A stretch of 64,000 nucleotides of DNA from an uncultured Candidatus Saccharibacteria bacterium (GTDB lineage: Bacteria; Patescibacteriota; Saccharimonadia; CAILAD01; BJGX01). Positions 49,896 to 59,520 of the stretch are shown one piece after another. A program made the translations under genes and the position numbers. The notes under the pieces were generated by a model that did not search any database, was not told where the DNA came from, and saw only the letters and a program-made list of their open reading frames with translations. How positions within the stretch are numbered: the stretch's first letter is position 1; each line of letters begins with the position of its first letter. The stretch covers positions 27-64,026 of the forward strand of contig CAZKFZ010000006.1 of assembly GCA_964552475.1 (NCBI GenBank). Reading direction: 5' to 3'.

Positions 49896-49926
49896 AATAA
49901 ATAAGAAATAAAATATTGGAGGGAAA

Positions 49927-50553
49927 ATGACCAAACAGGCACTTACTAAAAAACAGCGTAAAACACTAGATTTTATATCAACTTTTATTGAGCAACACGG
50001 CTATTCCCCTAGCTATCGCGAGATTGCTAATGGTCTTAAGCTAAATTCTGTAGCAACTATTGCCCAACACATAGATACTCTAGTAGCTAAGGGCTTGCTG
50101 GTAAAAGGCAATAACTCAGCTCGCTCTCTTATGCCCGTTGAAGAGCTACAAGAAGAGATGAGCAAGCCTCGTGTTGGCTTACCTATACTAGGCATGATAG
50201 CCGCTGGTAGCCCCATAGAGACCCTCTCTGGCCACACAGATACCCTAGAGGTACCACCTTTTATGGTAGGTAGTAAAAATTCCTACGTCCTTCAGGTAAA
50301 AGGTCAGAGTATGATAGACGACGGCATACACGACGGCGACTACGTGGTGGTTCAAGAAAAAGAAGTTCCTTCTAATGGTGATGTGGTGGTTGCTCTTGTA
50401 AACAATTCTGAAGCCACTCTTAAGCGTTACTACAAAGAAGCTCGTCGTATTCGCTTACAACCTGCTAACTCTACTATGGAACCAATCTATGTAGAGGCTG
50501 GCACTCCTTTAAAAATTCAAGGTGTAGTTATTGGCCTTATTCGTAAGTACTAA
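49927..50553 (+). CDS. lexA: LexA repressor
   Basis: N-terminal wHTH. An Ala-Gly cleavage site in MIAAGSPIE. S24 peptidase Ser (KGQSM) and Lys (TLKRY). Confidence 0.85.
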   Translation: MTKQALTKKQRKTLDFISTFIEQHGYSPSYREIANGLKLNSVATIAQHIDTLVAKGLLVKGNNSARSLMPVEELQEEMSKPRVGLPILGMIAAGSPIETLSGHTDTLEVPPFMVGSKNSYVLQVKGQSMIDDGIHDGDYVVVQEKEVPSNGDVVVALVNNSEATLKRYYKEARRIRLQPANSTMEPIYVEAGTPLKIQGVVIGLIRKY

Positions 50554-50567
50554 ACCAAGACTATTTA

Positions 50568-51155
50568 TTACTCTAAAACTAACATAGTACTAATAACTAT
50601 TTTGAATAAATAAATAGTAACAAACATACCTACCATGGCGCCTATTAGTTCTATTATTGCCAGCCCAATATTACTTGGTATATCAAAAATAAAGCCTACA
50701 AACCAAGTATTCCATAAAGGAAAAAGTACGGTAAGTGTAAGGATTGCTAAGGCAAGTAAAACTAGTAGTAAACCTAGCTCTTTTATAGGCCACTTTTTTT
50801 GGTCTTTTTTAGTTTGCTTATTTACATAATCTTTCTCTACTACTATCTCGTTTTGAGCTTCGCTAAACACACTATAAAGCCAAAACAGCACCATATAGGC
50901 AACTAGCCCCACTACTACCCAAAAAGCTACAAGGGTAATTTTGCTAAAAATTGGCGAAGAAAACCAACTACTTAACTGCTCTGAAATACTGGCTTGTACA
51001 TCCGACTTTGACAATATTGTGCCCTTAGTAAAGTGTAGAGAAATAGCACTAATATTTACTACCACAAATATACCAAGCCCAAACAAAAACATTATAGCTA
51101 CCTGGTGAAGATCGAGCGCAAAAACTCGTTTTTTTTGTTCGCTATCTAAGTGCAT
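50568..51155 (-). CDS. polytopic membrane protein, hypothetical
   Basis: 195 aa with 4-5 hydrophobic helices. Confidence 0.35.
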   Translation of the reverse strand: MHLDSEQKKRVFALDLHQVAIMFLFGLGIFVVVNISAISLHFTKGTILSKSDVQASISEQLSSWFSSPIFSKITLVAFWVVVGLVAYMVLFWLYSVFSEAQNEIVVEKDYVNKQTKKDQKKWPIKELGLLLVLLALAILTLTVLFPLWNTWFVGFIFDIPSNIGLAIIELIGAMVGMFVTIYLFKIVISTMLVLE

Positions 51156-51170
51156 TAAAAACAGGCCAGA

Positions 51171-51893
51171 TTATTGGTTCATATTATTGGTAACAGTAAG
51201 GTTAATGGCAGTATCGGTACTTTTTTGTGTGTCTTGAGCAATAAGTACCGTAAGCATCTGGTCGCCCTTCATAAAGCTCTGTGCGGTTAGCCCGCTACCA
51301 AAACTAATTGACTGACCGTCTTCACTACTCCAACCTTTTGCCTTTAGTTGATCTGTGTAAAAAGTTTTAACTTTATCTGGACTATCTGTAGTAGATAGCG
51401 TTACATTGTAACCATCATTGCTCTTAACGGCAATCTTTATAGAGGATGGCTGGTAAATAGGCACATCGCTAGGAAACCCACTTGGTAGTTTGGTGTTGTC
51501 ACCAAAGCTGGCCGATTCACCATCTTTGTTTTGTACTGTTAAGCTTTTACCATCGGTACTAAGACCATTGTCTTTGGCAGCTTTCTGGACTCCAGCTATA
51601 AAAAGGAATGTAAAGAGTAACATAAATAACATAAATATTGTCGACAATACTATGGCTGCAACCGCTAGACCCTTACCGTTGTCACCGTTTTTCTTAATAG
51701 AGCTAAGCGCTACAATACCGAGTATTAAACCTACTAGAGGCACAAAAAAGCTCAAAATAAGCGCAGCTATAGCAAGTCCGTTGGTTTTTTTTGGTGACGC
51801 CGAACCATTACTAGCTGTTGAAGTGGTTGGAGCTTCAGTGGCAGCTGGTTCACTAGTTTTTGTAGATGCAGGTTTTACTGGTTTCTCTTCCAT
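51171..51893 (-). CDS. membrane protein with Thr/Ala-rich N-terminus, TM hairpin and extracytoplasmic domain
   Basis: 240-aa ORF; no motif. Confidence 0.35.
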   Translation of the reverse strand: MEEKPVKPASTKTSEPAATEAPTTSTASNGSASPKKTNGLAIAALILSFFVPLVGLILGIVALSSIKKNGDNGKGLAVAAIVLSTIFMLFMLLFTFLFIAGVQKAAKDNGLSTDGKSLTVQNKDGESASFGDNTKLPSGFPSDVPIYQPSSIKIAVKSNDGYNVTLSTTDSPDKVKTFYTDQLKAKGWSSEDGQSISFGSGLTAQSFMKGDQMLTVLIAQDTQKSTDTAINLTVTNNMNQ

Positions 51894-52014
51894 TATTATT
51901 TAAATCTCCTTTTAGTTGTTCTTAAGCTTAATAGTAATGCTTTTCTTGATAGTAAACAAGTCTAACCTTATAGTTCTGTAAGTTTTAGCAATTAAATAGT
52001 ATTATTTAAGTTAT

Positions 52015-52644
52015 ATGAAAAAAACCAATAAGAAAAATGTTTTCAACCAACAAATAATACTCATTTTATTATTAGGGCTTTTGCTAGGACTAATAATTTT
52101 TTCTGCAATTAGGCTGTATAAATACTCACCCGAAGACCATGTACACTACCATGCAAACTTTCAGGTGTGGGTAAATGGCGAACAGGAAAAGTTTGAGAGC
52201 CCGCTCAACTACCAGGAGGTTAATGTTTGCACAGTAGGTTTTAAGAATTCTCCATTGCATCGTACTCACATGCACGACGATGTCTATGACATTATTCATG
52301 TTCATGCCAGTGCTGTAACATGGGGACACTTTTTTGAAAATATAAATTCTTCGGCTCAGCCAGGTTACTTACGTTTGGGTGAAAAAATCTACCAAAACAA
52401 TTTAAATAATAAAGTTAGCTATATCCTTAATGGAAAAGAAGTGCCTACCCTTAACGGTTTGGTTATAAATAGCGAGGATACTCTACTAATAAACTACGGT
52501 GTTGAAGACAAAGATGTTTTACAAGCTAGATATAAATATATAGAAAACAAGGCGCATAGCTACAATCTAAAAAACGACCCTGCAAGTTGTGGCGGTAGTG
52601 ACAGCCCCAGCTTGTCGGAGCGCTGGAACCACCTATTCAACTAG
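52015..52644 (+). CDS. membrane-anchored His-rich hypothetical protein
   Basis: N-terminal TM; HYHANF...HMHDDVYDIIHVHA histidine cluster. Confidence 0.35.
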   Translation: MKKTNKKNVFNQQIILILLLGLLLGLIIFSAIRLYKYSPEDHVHYHANFQVWVNGEQEKFESPLNYQEVNVCTVGFKNSPLHRTHMHDDVYDIIHVHASAVTWGHFFENINSSAQPGYLRLGEKIYQNNLNNKVSYILNGKEVPTLNGLVINSEDTLLINYGVEDKDVLQARYKYIENKAHSYNLKNDPASCGGSDSPSLSERWNHLFN

Positions 52645-53635
52645 TAGTTGGCAATTTAATGATAAATGTCGATCCTTTACCCTCCTTACTCTGAGCTTTT
52701 ATTGATCCTCCGTTTAGCTCAACAATATTTTTAGCCAGAGCCAAGCCCAAACCAAAACCTTTTACATTGCTTTGACTCCTAGAATTGTCTGCTCTATAAA
52801 ATCTTTCAAATATGTGCGGTAGGTCAGAAGATTTTATACCTATGCCGTTATCCTGCACTATAATACATGCAGATTTAGACGATTTTTTTGAGCTCATAAT
52901 AACTTTGCCTTTGGGCTTACTGTACTTTACAGCATTATCAAGCAGAATAGTGACGGCATCTACAATGTTTTCAAAATTACCACAAACAGATACGTCTGAT
53001 ACTTTGTTTTCTACCGATATTTTGTTTGTGCTAGCAACTTTTAGTACGTTGTTTAACGACTTAATTGCGATTTGCTCTAAAGATATTTTGGTTTTTACAA
53101 TATCTACCTTGTCTTGGCGAGCCAACTGTAACAATCTATCAGATAAAGTTTTGAGCTTGTTGGCTTCTTCTAGATTACTTTTTAGTAGTTCTACAGCTTC
53201 GGCTTTGGTAAGGTGTTTGTCTCGCAATGCAACTTCTATTTCGGTTTGCATAGCGGTAAGTGGTGTGCGCAACTCATGACTAGCATCTGCGGTAAATCGG
53301 CTTTGGGCAGCAAATGCATCTTCAATAGGCTGTAGTGTTCTTCGGGCCGAAACATTACCAACTACAGCTGCCAGCACGAACGTAATTGCATTAAATATTA
53401 GTAAACTGTTTTTTAGACTACTAGTAGCCTCTACTATTCTGGCATGTCGAAAATCTTCATAATTTATAGGGTTAAGTTGAGTGATAAAAAAATCTGGCGG
53501 CCTTCTTAATCCTCTATCTAGCTCTGTAGAATATATGCCATACAATAAAAGGCTAAAGCAAATGCTTAAAAGCATTATGGCTGCAATATAATAAAGCGTT
53601 AGTTTAAAAACTGCCGATTTTATCATAGTAAACAT
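52637..53635 (-). CDS. sensor histidine kinase
   Basis: Two N-terminal TM helices; H-box SHELRTPL; N, G1 and G2 boxes (DNGIGI, GFGLGLA). Confidence 0.75.
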   Translation of the reverse strand: MFTMIKSAVFKLTLYYIAAIMLLSICFSLLLYGIYSTELDRGLRRPPDFFITQLNPINYEDFRHARIVEATSSLKNSLLIFNAITFVLAAVVGNVSARRTLQPIEDAFAAQSRFTADASHELRTPLTAMQTEIEVALRDKHLTKAEAVELLKSNLEEANKLKTLSDRLLQLARQDKVDIVKTKISLEQIAIKSLNNVLKVASTNKISVENKVSDVSVCGNFENIVDAVTILLDNAVKYSKPKGKVIMSSKKSSKSACIIVQDNGIGIKSSDLPHIFERFYRADNSRSQSNVKGFGLGLALAKNIVELNGGSIKAQSKEGKGSTFIIKLPTTS

Positions 53636-53636
53636 A

Positions 53637-54314
53637 TTAGATAGTTCCTATCTTGTAGCCAAACCCGCGCACAGTATGGACTAGCTCTGGACCTTTAAAT
53701 GGTTTGTCAATTTTGTTACGCAAATAACCAATATACACCTCTACAGTATTTGGAAGTATATCTGCATCAAAATTCCAGACATGACTAATAATATTGGTCT
53801 TGGAAAGTACTTGTCCGGCATTTCTAAGCATGTATTCTAACAAAGCAAACTCTTTACTAGAAAGTGTTATATTCTTACCAGCTCTCGTAACCTCGTAAGT
53901 TATAGTGTTAAGTTTTAGATCTTCTACTTCTAAAACAGTACCTGTAACATCTTTTGGTCGGCGCAGTAGTGCGTGTACTCTAGCGATAAGTTCATCGAAA
54001 GAAAATGGCTTCACAAGGTAATCGTCTGCCCCTGAGTTCAACCCCTCTACCCTATCACCAATTTTATCTTTGGCAGTAAGCATTAGAACCGGGGTGTGAA
54101 TGCCGTTTTTTCTAATTCGCTCGCATATATCAATACCGTCAAGTGTACCTGGTAGCATCCTATCTAGGATAATAAGGTCGTACTCTATGTTTAAGATAGT
54201 AGCTAGGCCTTCGTCACTGTCGTGCTCTATATCTACAGCAAAGTGTTCTTGTTCTAAACCCCGTTTGATTGCTGCAGCAATTTTGTGTTCGTCTTCTACA
54301 ACCAAAATTTTCAT
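53637..54314 (-). CDS. OmpR-family response regulator
   Basis: MKILVVEDE receiver domain, then a winged-helix C-terminal domain. 1-nt intergenic gap to the kinase. Confidence 0.85.
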   Translation of the reverse strand: MKILVVEDEHKIAAAIKRGLEQEHFAVDIEHDSDEGLATILNIEYDLIILDRMLPGTLDGIDICERIRKNGIHTPVLMLTAKDKIGDRVEGLNSGADDYLVKPFSFDELIARVHALLRRPKDVTGTVLEVEDLKLNTITYEVTRAGKNITLSSKEFALLEYMLRNAGQVLSKTNIISHVWNFDADILPNTVEVYIGYLRNKIDKPFKGPELVHTVRGFGYKIGTI

Positions 54315-54503
54315 AATTCTATTCTACCTGTAAACTACTGAGAATACACTGAGAAAAAATAGTTTGATTTTTCAGCCGTTTTTAAGACTAGGTGTGTAGT
54401 CTTGGTAGTGATGCACTTAGTTGCTTTATGTGGGCCAGTAATAAGTCATAGGCCGAGCAAAAAAGTGTAATAAATATTAAAAGAATAAGGAGAACTATAC
54501 TAT

Positions 54504-54983
54504 ATGAGAAAAAAAGCACTAATAGCAAGTATTGCAACAGCCGGAGTTGCTGCCTCTGTTTTGGTTGGCGGAGTAACATTTGCCCAAACAAATGGCCAAA
54601 ACGCAAACCCCAGAGCAAGTCTAGCTCAAGCAATTGCTTCAAAGTTTAATCTTAATAAAGACGAGGTGGTCAAGGTAATGGATGAACAGCATCAAGCCGA
54701 AATGAATGAACGACTTTCGCAGGCTGTAAAAGACGGTAAACTTACCGAGGACCAAAAAAATAAAATAATAGCAAAACAGGCTGAAATGAAACCAAAGTTT
54801 GATGCCGCTCACGCCGAGACAGACTCTGCAAAACGCAAAGAAGCTCTAGATGCTTTACATAAAGAAATGCAACAATGGGCTAAAGATAATGGTATTCCTA
54901 AAGGACCTGGCGCAATTGGTAATGGGCCTATGGGGCATGGTGGACATCACGGAATAAGAGATGGAGGTGACACCTCGCAATAA
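54504..54983 (+). CDS. secreted CpxP/Spy-like (LTxxQ-motif) periplasmic protein
   Basis: Signal peptide; LTEDQ motif in a helical K/E-rich region. Divergently transcribed from the two-component operon. Confidence 0.4.
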   Translation: MRKKALIASIATAGVAASVLVGGVTFAQTNGQNANPRASLAQAIASKFNLNKDEVVKVMDEQHQAEMNERLSQAVKDGKLTEDQKNKIIAKQAEMKPKFDAAHAETDSAKRKEALDALHKEMQQWAKDNGIPKGPGAIGNGPMGHGGHHGIRDGGDTSQ

Positions 54984-55089
54984 CAACTATAACTTTCTAG
55001 TACTTTAGTATTTGGTTGGTCACTCACTCTTGGTCAGGGTGAGTGACTTTTGTATAATTAAAAACCCCGAAAATAATTCGAGGTAATAA

Positions 55090-55473
55090 TTAGTTTTCAG
55101 TTCCAGGTGCCTCAGTTTTAAAAAAATATGTAGAACTAATTAATTCTGAACACAAAGTCGATCCAACTATATAGATACTAGTAATTATTAGTCCAATATC
55201 TACTAAATAACGATTACTTAGTTGGTACGTTTCGGTAAATAACATGAGTCCACTAAAAATAGTAACAAGAACAAAAACAATAAGAGCAGAAACTTCCTCA
55301 TAAACTGAACCGCCGTTGTTTATAAAAACCAATATTACCCATACAACTGTACTTGCTACTATGCTACACAACAGCAGGCTAGAATACTGTTGGTTGCTAT
55401 CCAAGCCATAGATAATTGTGCAAAACATACTAATCATAGTAATTAGCCCAAAAGTAATTTTATAGAATAACAA
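55090..55473 (-). CDS. small polytopic membrane protein
   Basis: 127 aa with 4 hydrophobic helices. Confidence 0.3.
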   Translation of the reverse strand: MLFYKITFGLITMISMFCTIIYGLDSNQQYSSLLLCSIVASTVVWVILVFINNGGSVYEEVSALIVFVLVTIFSGLMLFTETYQLSNRYLVDIGLIITSIYIVGSTLCSELISSTYFFKTEAPGTEN

Positions 55474-55538
55474 GGTGCTCCCTCTTTTCAGGTGATAATA
55501 CTATATCATTTTATTAATAAAAAACAAATTGTATTATG

Positions 55539-56804
55539 CTAGTTATTTGCTGGTGCAATTGGTAATGGTTGAGAGCATGTGGAGTTATTGGGTTTATTTG
55601 AGAATCTATCGTTTATCCAACTTATTACCTGGGGCGATGTGACTTGCGGAATCTTTAAATGACCCACATCATTTATCCATAAGGATGTAAGATTGGATCC
55701 ACCCTGACAGGCTCTTTGTATGTATAGAGCAGTAGTGTTTGGTAAAACTACTGTGTCGCTTAAACTTTCTACTACCATTACTGGTTGTGATGGTGCTAGT
55801 ACCGGAGCGGTTTGTAGTTTCGCTACCTCGGCCCAGGCAGGTACACTAATTGGGTTTTGGGAGAAAATGTGTTGGTCTAAATCATTTCTTACCATACCAA
55901 TTATTGCAGCCTGACTAATACACTTGTCGGCAATTTGTTGATAATTTTTAAGCCCTTGAGGAGTAGTAATAGTGTTAATATCTAGATTCTTATAAACGTC
56001 TGGCCAAGAAATAAGTATCTCTGGTCCTATTACCCAGTCAATAGCGGTTCCATATTGTTCATTCAATAAAGCAGTAAGTTCGGCTGCAGGTGCAGAGGCT
56101 ACAGTACTTACTAGTTGTAGTTCTGGCGAATAGCTACTAGCAAACTGTGATGTAAAAAGAGCCGAGTGACCACCTTGTGAATGTCCCCATACAGCGAACT
56201 GATTACCCGCCCCCGAACCAGGTATTTGACGTGCCGCTCTCACACTATTCAATACATCGTGGGCCTCACTTTCACCTACTAAATATTGTTCCGTGCCTTC
56301 AGTTCCCAGACCAGCATAGTCTGTTGCAGTCACTACCCAGCCAAGTTTGAGCATAGAGCTTATCCAGTCTAGGTTTGCTATTGGATCGCTTAACCTAGTA
56401 GGTGCGCATCTATCACCCATGCCAATTGTTCCATGCGCCCAAGCCACAATAGGCCTTGGCGAGCTAGTTGGTAGACTGGGTATGAAAACCATGCCAGAAG
56501 AAAATGTAAAACTACCATCAGCTTTTTGGGTTCTATATAAAACTCTTACACCATTGCCGCCATCAACAGGTATTCCAAGAGGTTCTTGTTTAACAACTTC
56601 ACCGGCTTGACCTTGCAAACTTAGCCCTTGAGTGTCGTAAAAAGGCTGAAGCTCTGCTTGGTATCTATCCGCTCGAATACTAGCAAAAATTAACCAGGCT
56701 ACCAACAACACTATAGCCACTGCAAACATTATAATAAATGTTCTAAAAACTTCATGTTTTTGCCAAAAACTTAAAGTTGATTTGTCTTGGCTTTTTTGAC
56801 TCAT
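55539..56804 (-). CDS. secreted lipase/esterase (secretory-lipase-like alpha/beta hydrolase)
   Basis: N-terminal TM/signal; GHSQGG nucleophile elbow; 421 aa. Confidence 0.5.
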   Translation of the reverse strand: MSQKSQDKSTLSFWQKHEVFRTFIIMFAVAIVLLVAWLIFASIRADRYQAELQPFYDTQGLSLQGQAGEVVKQEPLGIPVDGGNGVRVLYRTQKADGSFTFSSGMVFIPSLPTSSPRPIVAWAHGTIGMGDRCAPTRLSDPIANLDWISSMLKLGWVVTATDYAGLGTEGTEQYLVGESEAHDVLNSVRAARQIPGSGAGNQFAVWGHSQGGHSALFTSQFASSYSPELQLVSTVASAPAAELTALLNEQYGTAIDWVIGPEILISWPDVYKNLDINTITTPQGLKNYQQIADKCISQAAIIGMVRNDLDQHIFSQNPISVPAWAEVAKLQTAPVLAPSQPVMVVESLSDTVVLPNTTALYIQRACQGGSNLTSLWINDVGHLKIPQVTSPQVISWINDRFSNKPNNSTCSQPLPIAPANN

Positions 56805-56832
56805 GTAATAATTTTATCACAAAAGCCTATGC

Positions 56833-58092
56833 TTATTGTTTGTCAATAAACTCCTTACACAGATACTCAAAAATAGAGTTAGTCCAGCCAAACCCCACTT
56901 GGGTGGGATACACGCCCTTCACGGGCGGTTTTTCTGGATTAACTACATTGTATTTTTCTATAAAATTACCATGTTCTTTAAACCAATTAAGATTATTATT
57001 GAGCCACTTCATTGCAATACGTCTAGCCTGGGAGTGGTAACCATACCTCTGAAGTGCCGTAATAACGATAAAGTGAAGTGGCGCCCAACCGTTTGGATAA
57101 GCCCACTGAGTAGGTACCGAACTTCTTCCTACCTTATTCATATTTGGAAACTCTGTGCAAGACAGTCCACCAATGTGCTCAAATCTTCTCAAGTTTCGAA
57201 CTAATAGCTCTGCCGTTCTGGTATCAACCATTCCAGCCCACATTGGAAAGTAACTCGCAAGTGAATTAACTAATGAGCGACGATGCTTAACATAGTTGTA
57301 GTCAAAGTATGTTTTGTGCAAATTGTCCCACATAAGATGGTTCATTACTCGTTTTCTATAGTGAGCTTTTTTAAGCCATTCTTTTTGGGCTGCTGTATTA
57401 CCGAGTATCTCGGCAGTTTTGGCAAAATCTGTTTCATACTTGTATAGTAATGCATTCAAATCTACTGGCAGATATTCTAAGCACTTTCTATTAAACCGCG
57501 TAGTCATATCCCAGCCACTTTCGGCCTCGGCTAAATCATTTAATACATTAATGTCATAATACCTACTCAAACCTAAATACTGTTTACGAACATTGGGTTT
57601 ATGGGTGCCCAACCAAACCACCCGATACTCTTTCTCTGCAGTGCTCATCATTTTTTTGAGCCATTCTTTGTCCATATCGTAAGTATTATATACATCTAGA
57701 ATGTAGCTTGTTAAAAATGGTGGATGAGATCGGCCGGTAAGATAATTGCGACTTGCGTTTGGAATAATATGGAATCTATCAAACATAAATATAAGATTCT
57801 CTAACATACCCACGACGTCTTTTTTGTGCTTACCATCTAGTATGCCTTGAGCAATAAAATAACTATCCCAGTAATATTGTTCTGGAAAATCAAACTCCCT
57901 ACCTGGTTCATAAGCAGGTACAATATATGGCTTTGGTAGGGCGATAAGCGTTGAATCTTCTTGTGGGTTGAATCTTCGCAAGTGCTTCCAATACGACTCA
58001 ACGTATTCTCTTGCCTTAGCCACGTCTTTTTGACTTAAGTCAAAACTTTTTCGTTGAAAAATATGTAATAGTTGTCTAGTTCTTCCTAACAT
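56833..58092 (-). CDS. trehalase (GH37-like)
   Basis: PGREF..PEQYYWDSYF approximates trehalase signature 1 (PGGRFxExYYWDSY). QWAYPNGWAPL approximates signature 2 (QWDxPxGWxP). Confidence 0.55.
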   Translation of the reverse strand: MLGRTRQLLHIFQRKSFDLSQKDVAKAREYVESYWKHLRRFNPQEDSTLIALPKPYIVPAYEPGREFDFPEQYYWDSYFIAQGILDGKHKKDVVGMLENLIFMFDRFHIIPNASRNYLTGRSHPPFLTSYILDVYNTYDMDKEWLKKMMSTAEKEYRVVWLGTHKPNVRKQYLGLSRYYDINVLNDLAEAESGWDMTTRFNRKCLEYLPVDLNALLYKYETDFAKTAEILGNTAAQKEWLKKAHYRKRVMNHLMWDNLHKTYFDYNYVKHRRSLVNSLASYFPMWAGMVDTRTAELLVRNLRRFEHIGGLSCTEFPNMNKVGRSSVPTQWAYPNGWAPLHFIVITALQRYGYHSQARRIAMKWLNNNLNWFKEHGNFIEKYNVVNPEKPPVKGVYPTQVGFGWTNSIFEYLCKEFIDKQ

Positions 58093-58251
58093 CAGTTTTA
58101 TAGTATCAGAAACAAAACAAAAGAGCTAAGGCAAAAAATGTATAACTATATTCCAACTTTTCTTATAATTACTAATCTTGTTTTTACAAGTAGCTTTGTC
58201 TATATAGCCTAACAAGCTGTGCTAAACTGATGATATGGTAAATACAGCAAT

Positions 58252-59520
58252 ATGATTATAAAAAACTTAGAACAATTGGCAAAAAATAAACTCAGAAAAG
58301 ATGCCTTAGAAATTGTTGAAGCTGGCTACGAGGCTATAGAAGTTGAGAATATTTACAACACACAGATATCGCTAAAAAATGATATGTTAAAAATTCAAAA
58401 CCAAACATTTAACCTCAAAAAATACAATAATGTTTATGTGGTAGGGGTTGGAAAAGGCTCCGACCACGCTGCCATGGCGCTTGAGAAGATATTAACTCCT
58501 AATAAAATTGCCGCTGGTTTTGTTATTGACACCGTATCTATCAAACTTAAAAAAATTACTACTCTAAAAGGTACTCATCCCCTACCTTCAGAACAAAACA
58601 TAATAGCGACAAAAAAAATCACCGACTTACTCAAGCGAGCAAAACAAGATGACTTGGTAATAGTTATTGTTTGCGGTGGTGGGTCGTCGCTATTTTGCAA
58701 ACCTGGTGGACTCACCTGCTTAGAACTCCAATTTATTTCTAGTTTCTTACTAAGAGCAGGTGCTAGTATCCAAGAGATAAATACCGTACGAAAGCACGTG
58801 TCTTTAATACATGGTGGGTATCTGGCCAAATATGCCTTCCCAGCAGAAGTGGTATCGTTGGTTATATCAGATGTGGTGGGTGACGACTTAAATTTTATTG
58901 CCTCAGGGCCTACAACTCTAGACAAAACTACTAAAGAAGATGCTCAAAAAATAATTAATCGTTACCAGCTACCCAATATTGAATTAGTGGATACACCAAA
59001 AGATCATAAATACTTCAAAAAGGTTACAAATATTATTCTAGCAAGTGGCAGTACTGCGGTAGAAGGAATGAAAACCAAGGCAATAAAACTGGGTTACAAA
59101 CCAAAAATTTTTAGTACAAAAATAGCCGGTATGGCCAACAAAATTGGCCCAGAGTTAGCAAGCAAAGCAAAGCCTGGCATAGCCCTTTTGGGTTGTGGTG
59201 AAACTCAAGTAGTTGTTAAACATCCTGGCATAGGAGGTCGAAATCAAGACGTAGTACTATCGGCTATTCCAAAGCTCCCAATAAATAGTGTAATTATTTC
59301 TGCTGCTAGCGATGGAAAAGACAATGTTGACGTTGCTGGTGCAATTGCTGATAGCGACATTAGTGTAAAAGTTCTTCTCGACAATAAAATTGATCCTATA
59401 AAATCGGTGCAACTTAATAATGGATATGATTTACTGAAATCTATGAATGATCATTTGCATATCAATAAAGTTACCGCAAACGTTTCTGATTTTATGTTAG
59501 TGCTAGGAGAAAAAGAGTGA
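58252..59520 (+). CDS. glycerate 2-kinase (MOFRL family)
   Basis: GIGGRNQ and ASDGKDNVDVAGA motifs, characteristic of the MOFRL glycerate kinase family. Confidence 0.7.
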   Translation: MIIKNLEQLAKNKLRKDALEIVEAGYEAIEVENIYNTQISLKNDMLKIQNQTFNLKKYNNVYVVGVGKGSDHAAMALEKILTPNKIAAGFVIDTVSIKLKKITTLKGTHPLPSEQNIIATKKITDLLKRAKQDDLVIVIVCGGGSSLFCKPGGLTCLELQFISSFLLRAGASIQEINTVRKHVSLIHGGYLAKYAFPAEVVSLVISDVVGDDLNFIASGPTTLDKTTKEDAQKIINRYQLPNIELVDTPKDHKYFKKVTNIILASGSTAVEGMKTKAIKLGYKPKIFSTKIAGMANKIGPELASKAKPGIALLGCGETQVVVKHPGIGGRNQDVVLSAIPKLPINSVIISAASDGKDNVDVAGAIADSDISVKVLLDNKIDPIKSVQLNNGYDLLKSMNDHLHINKVTANVSDFMLVLGEKE

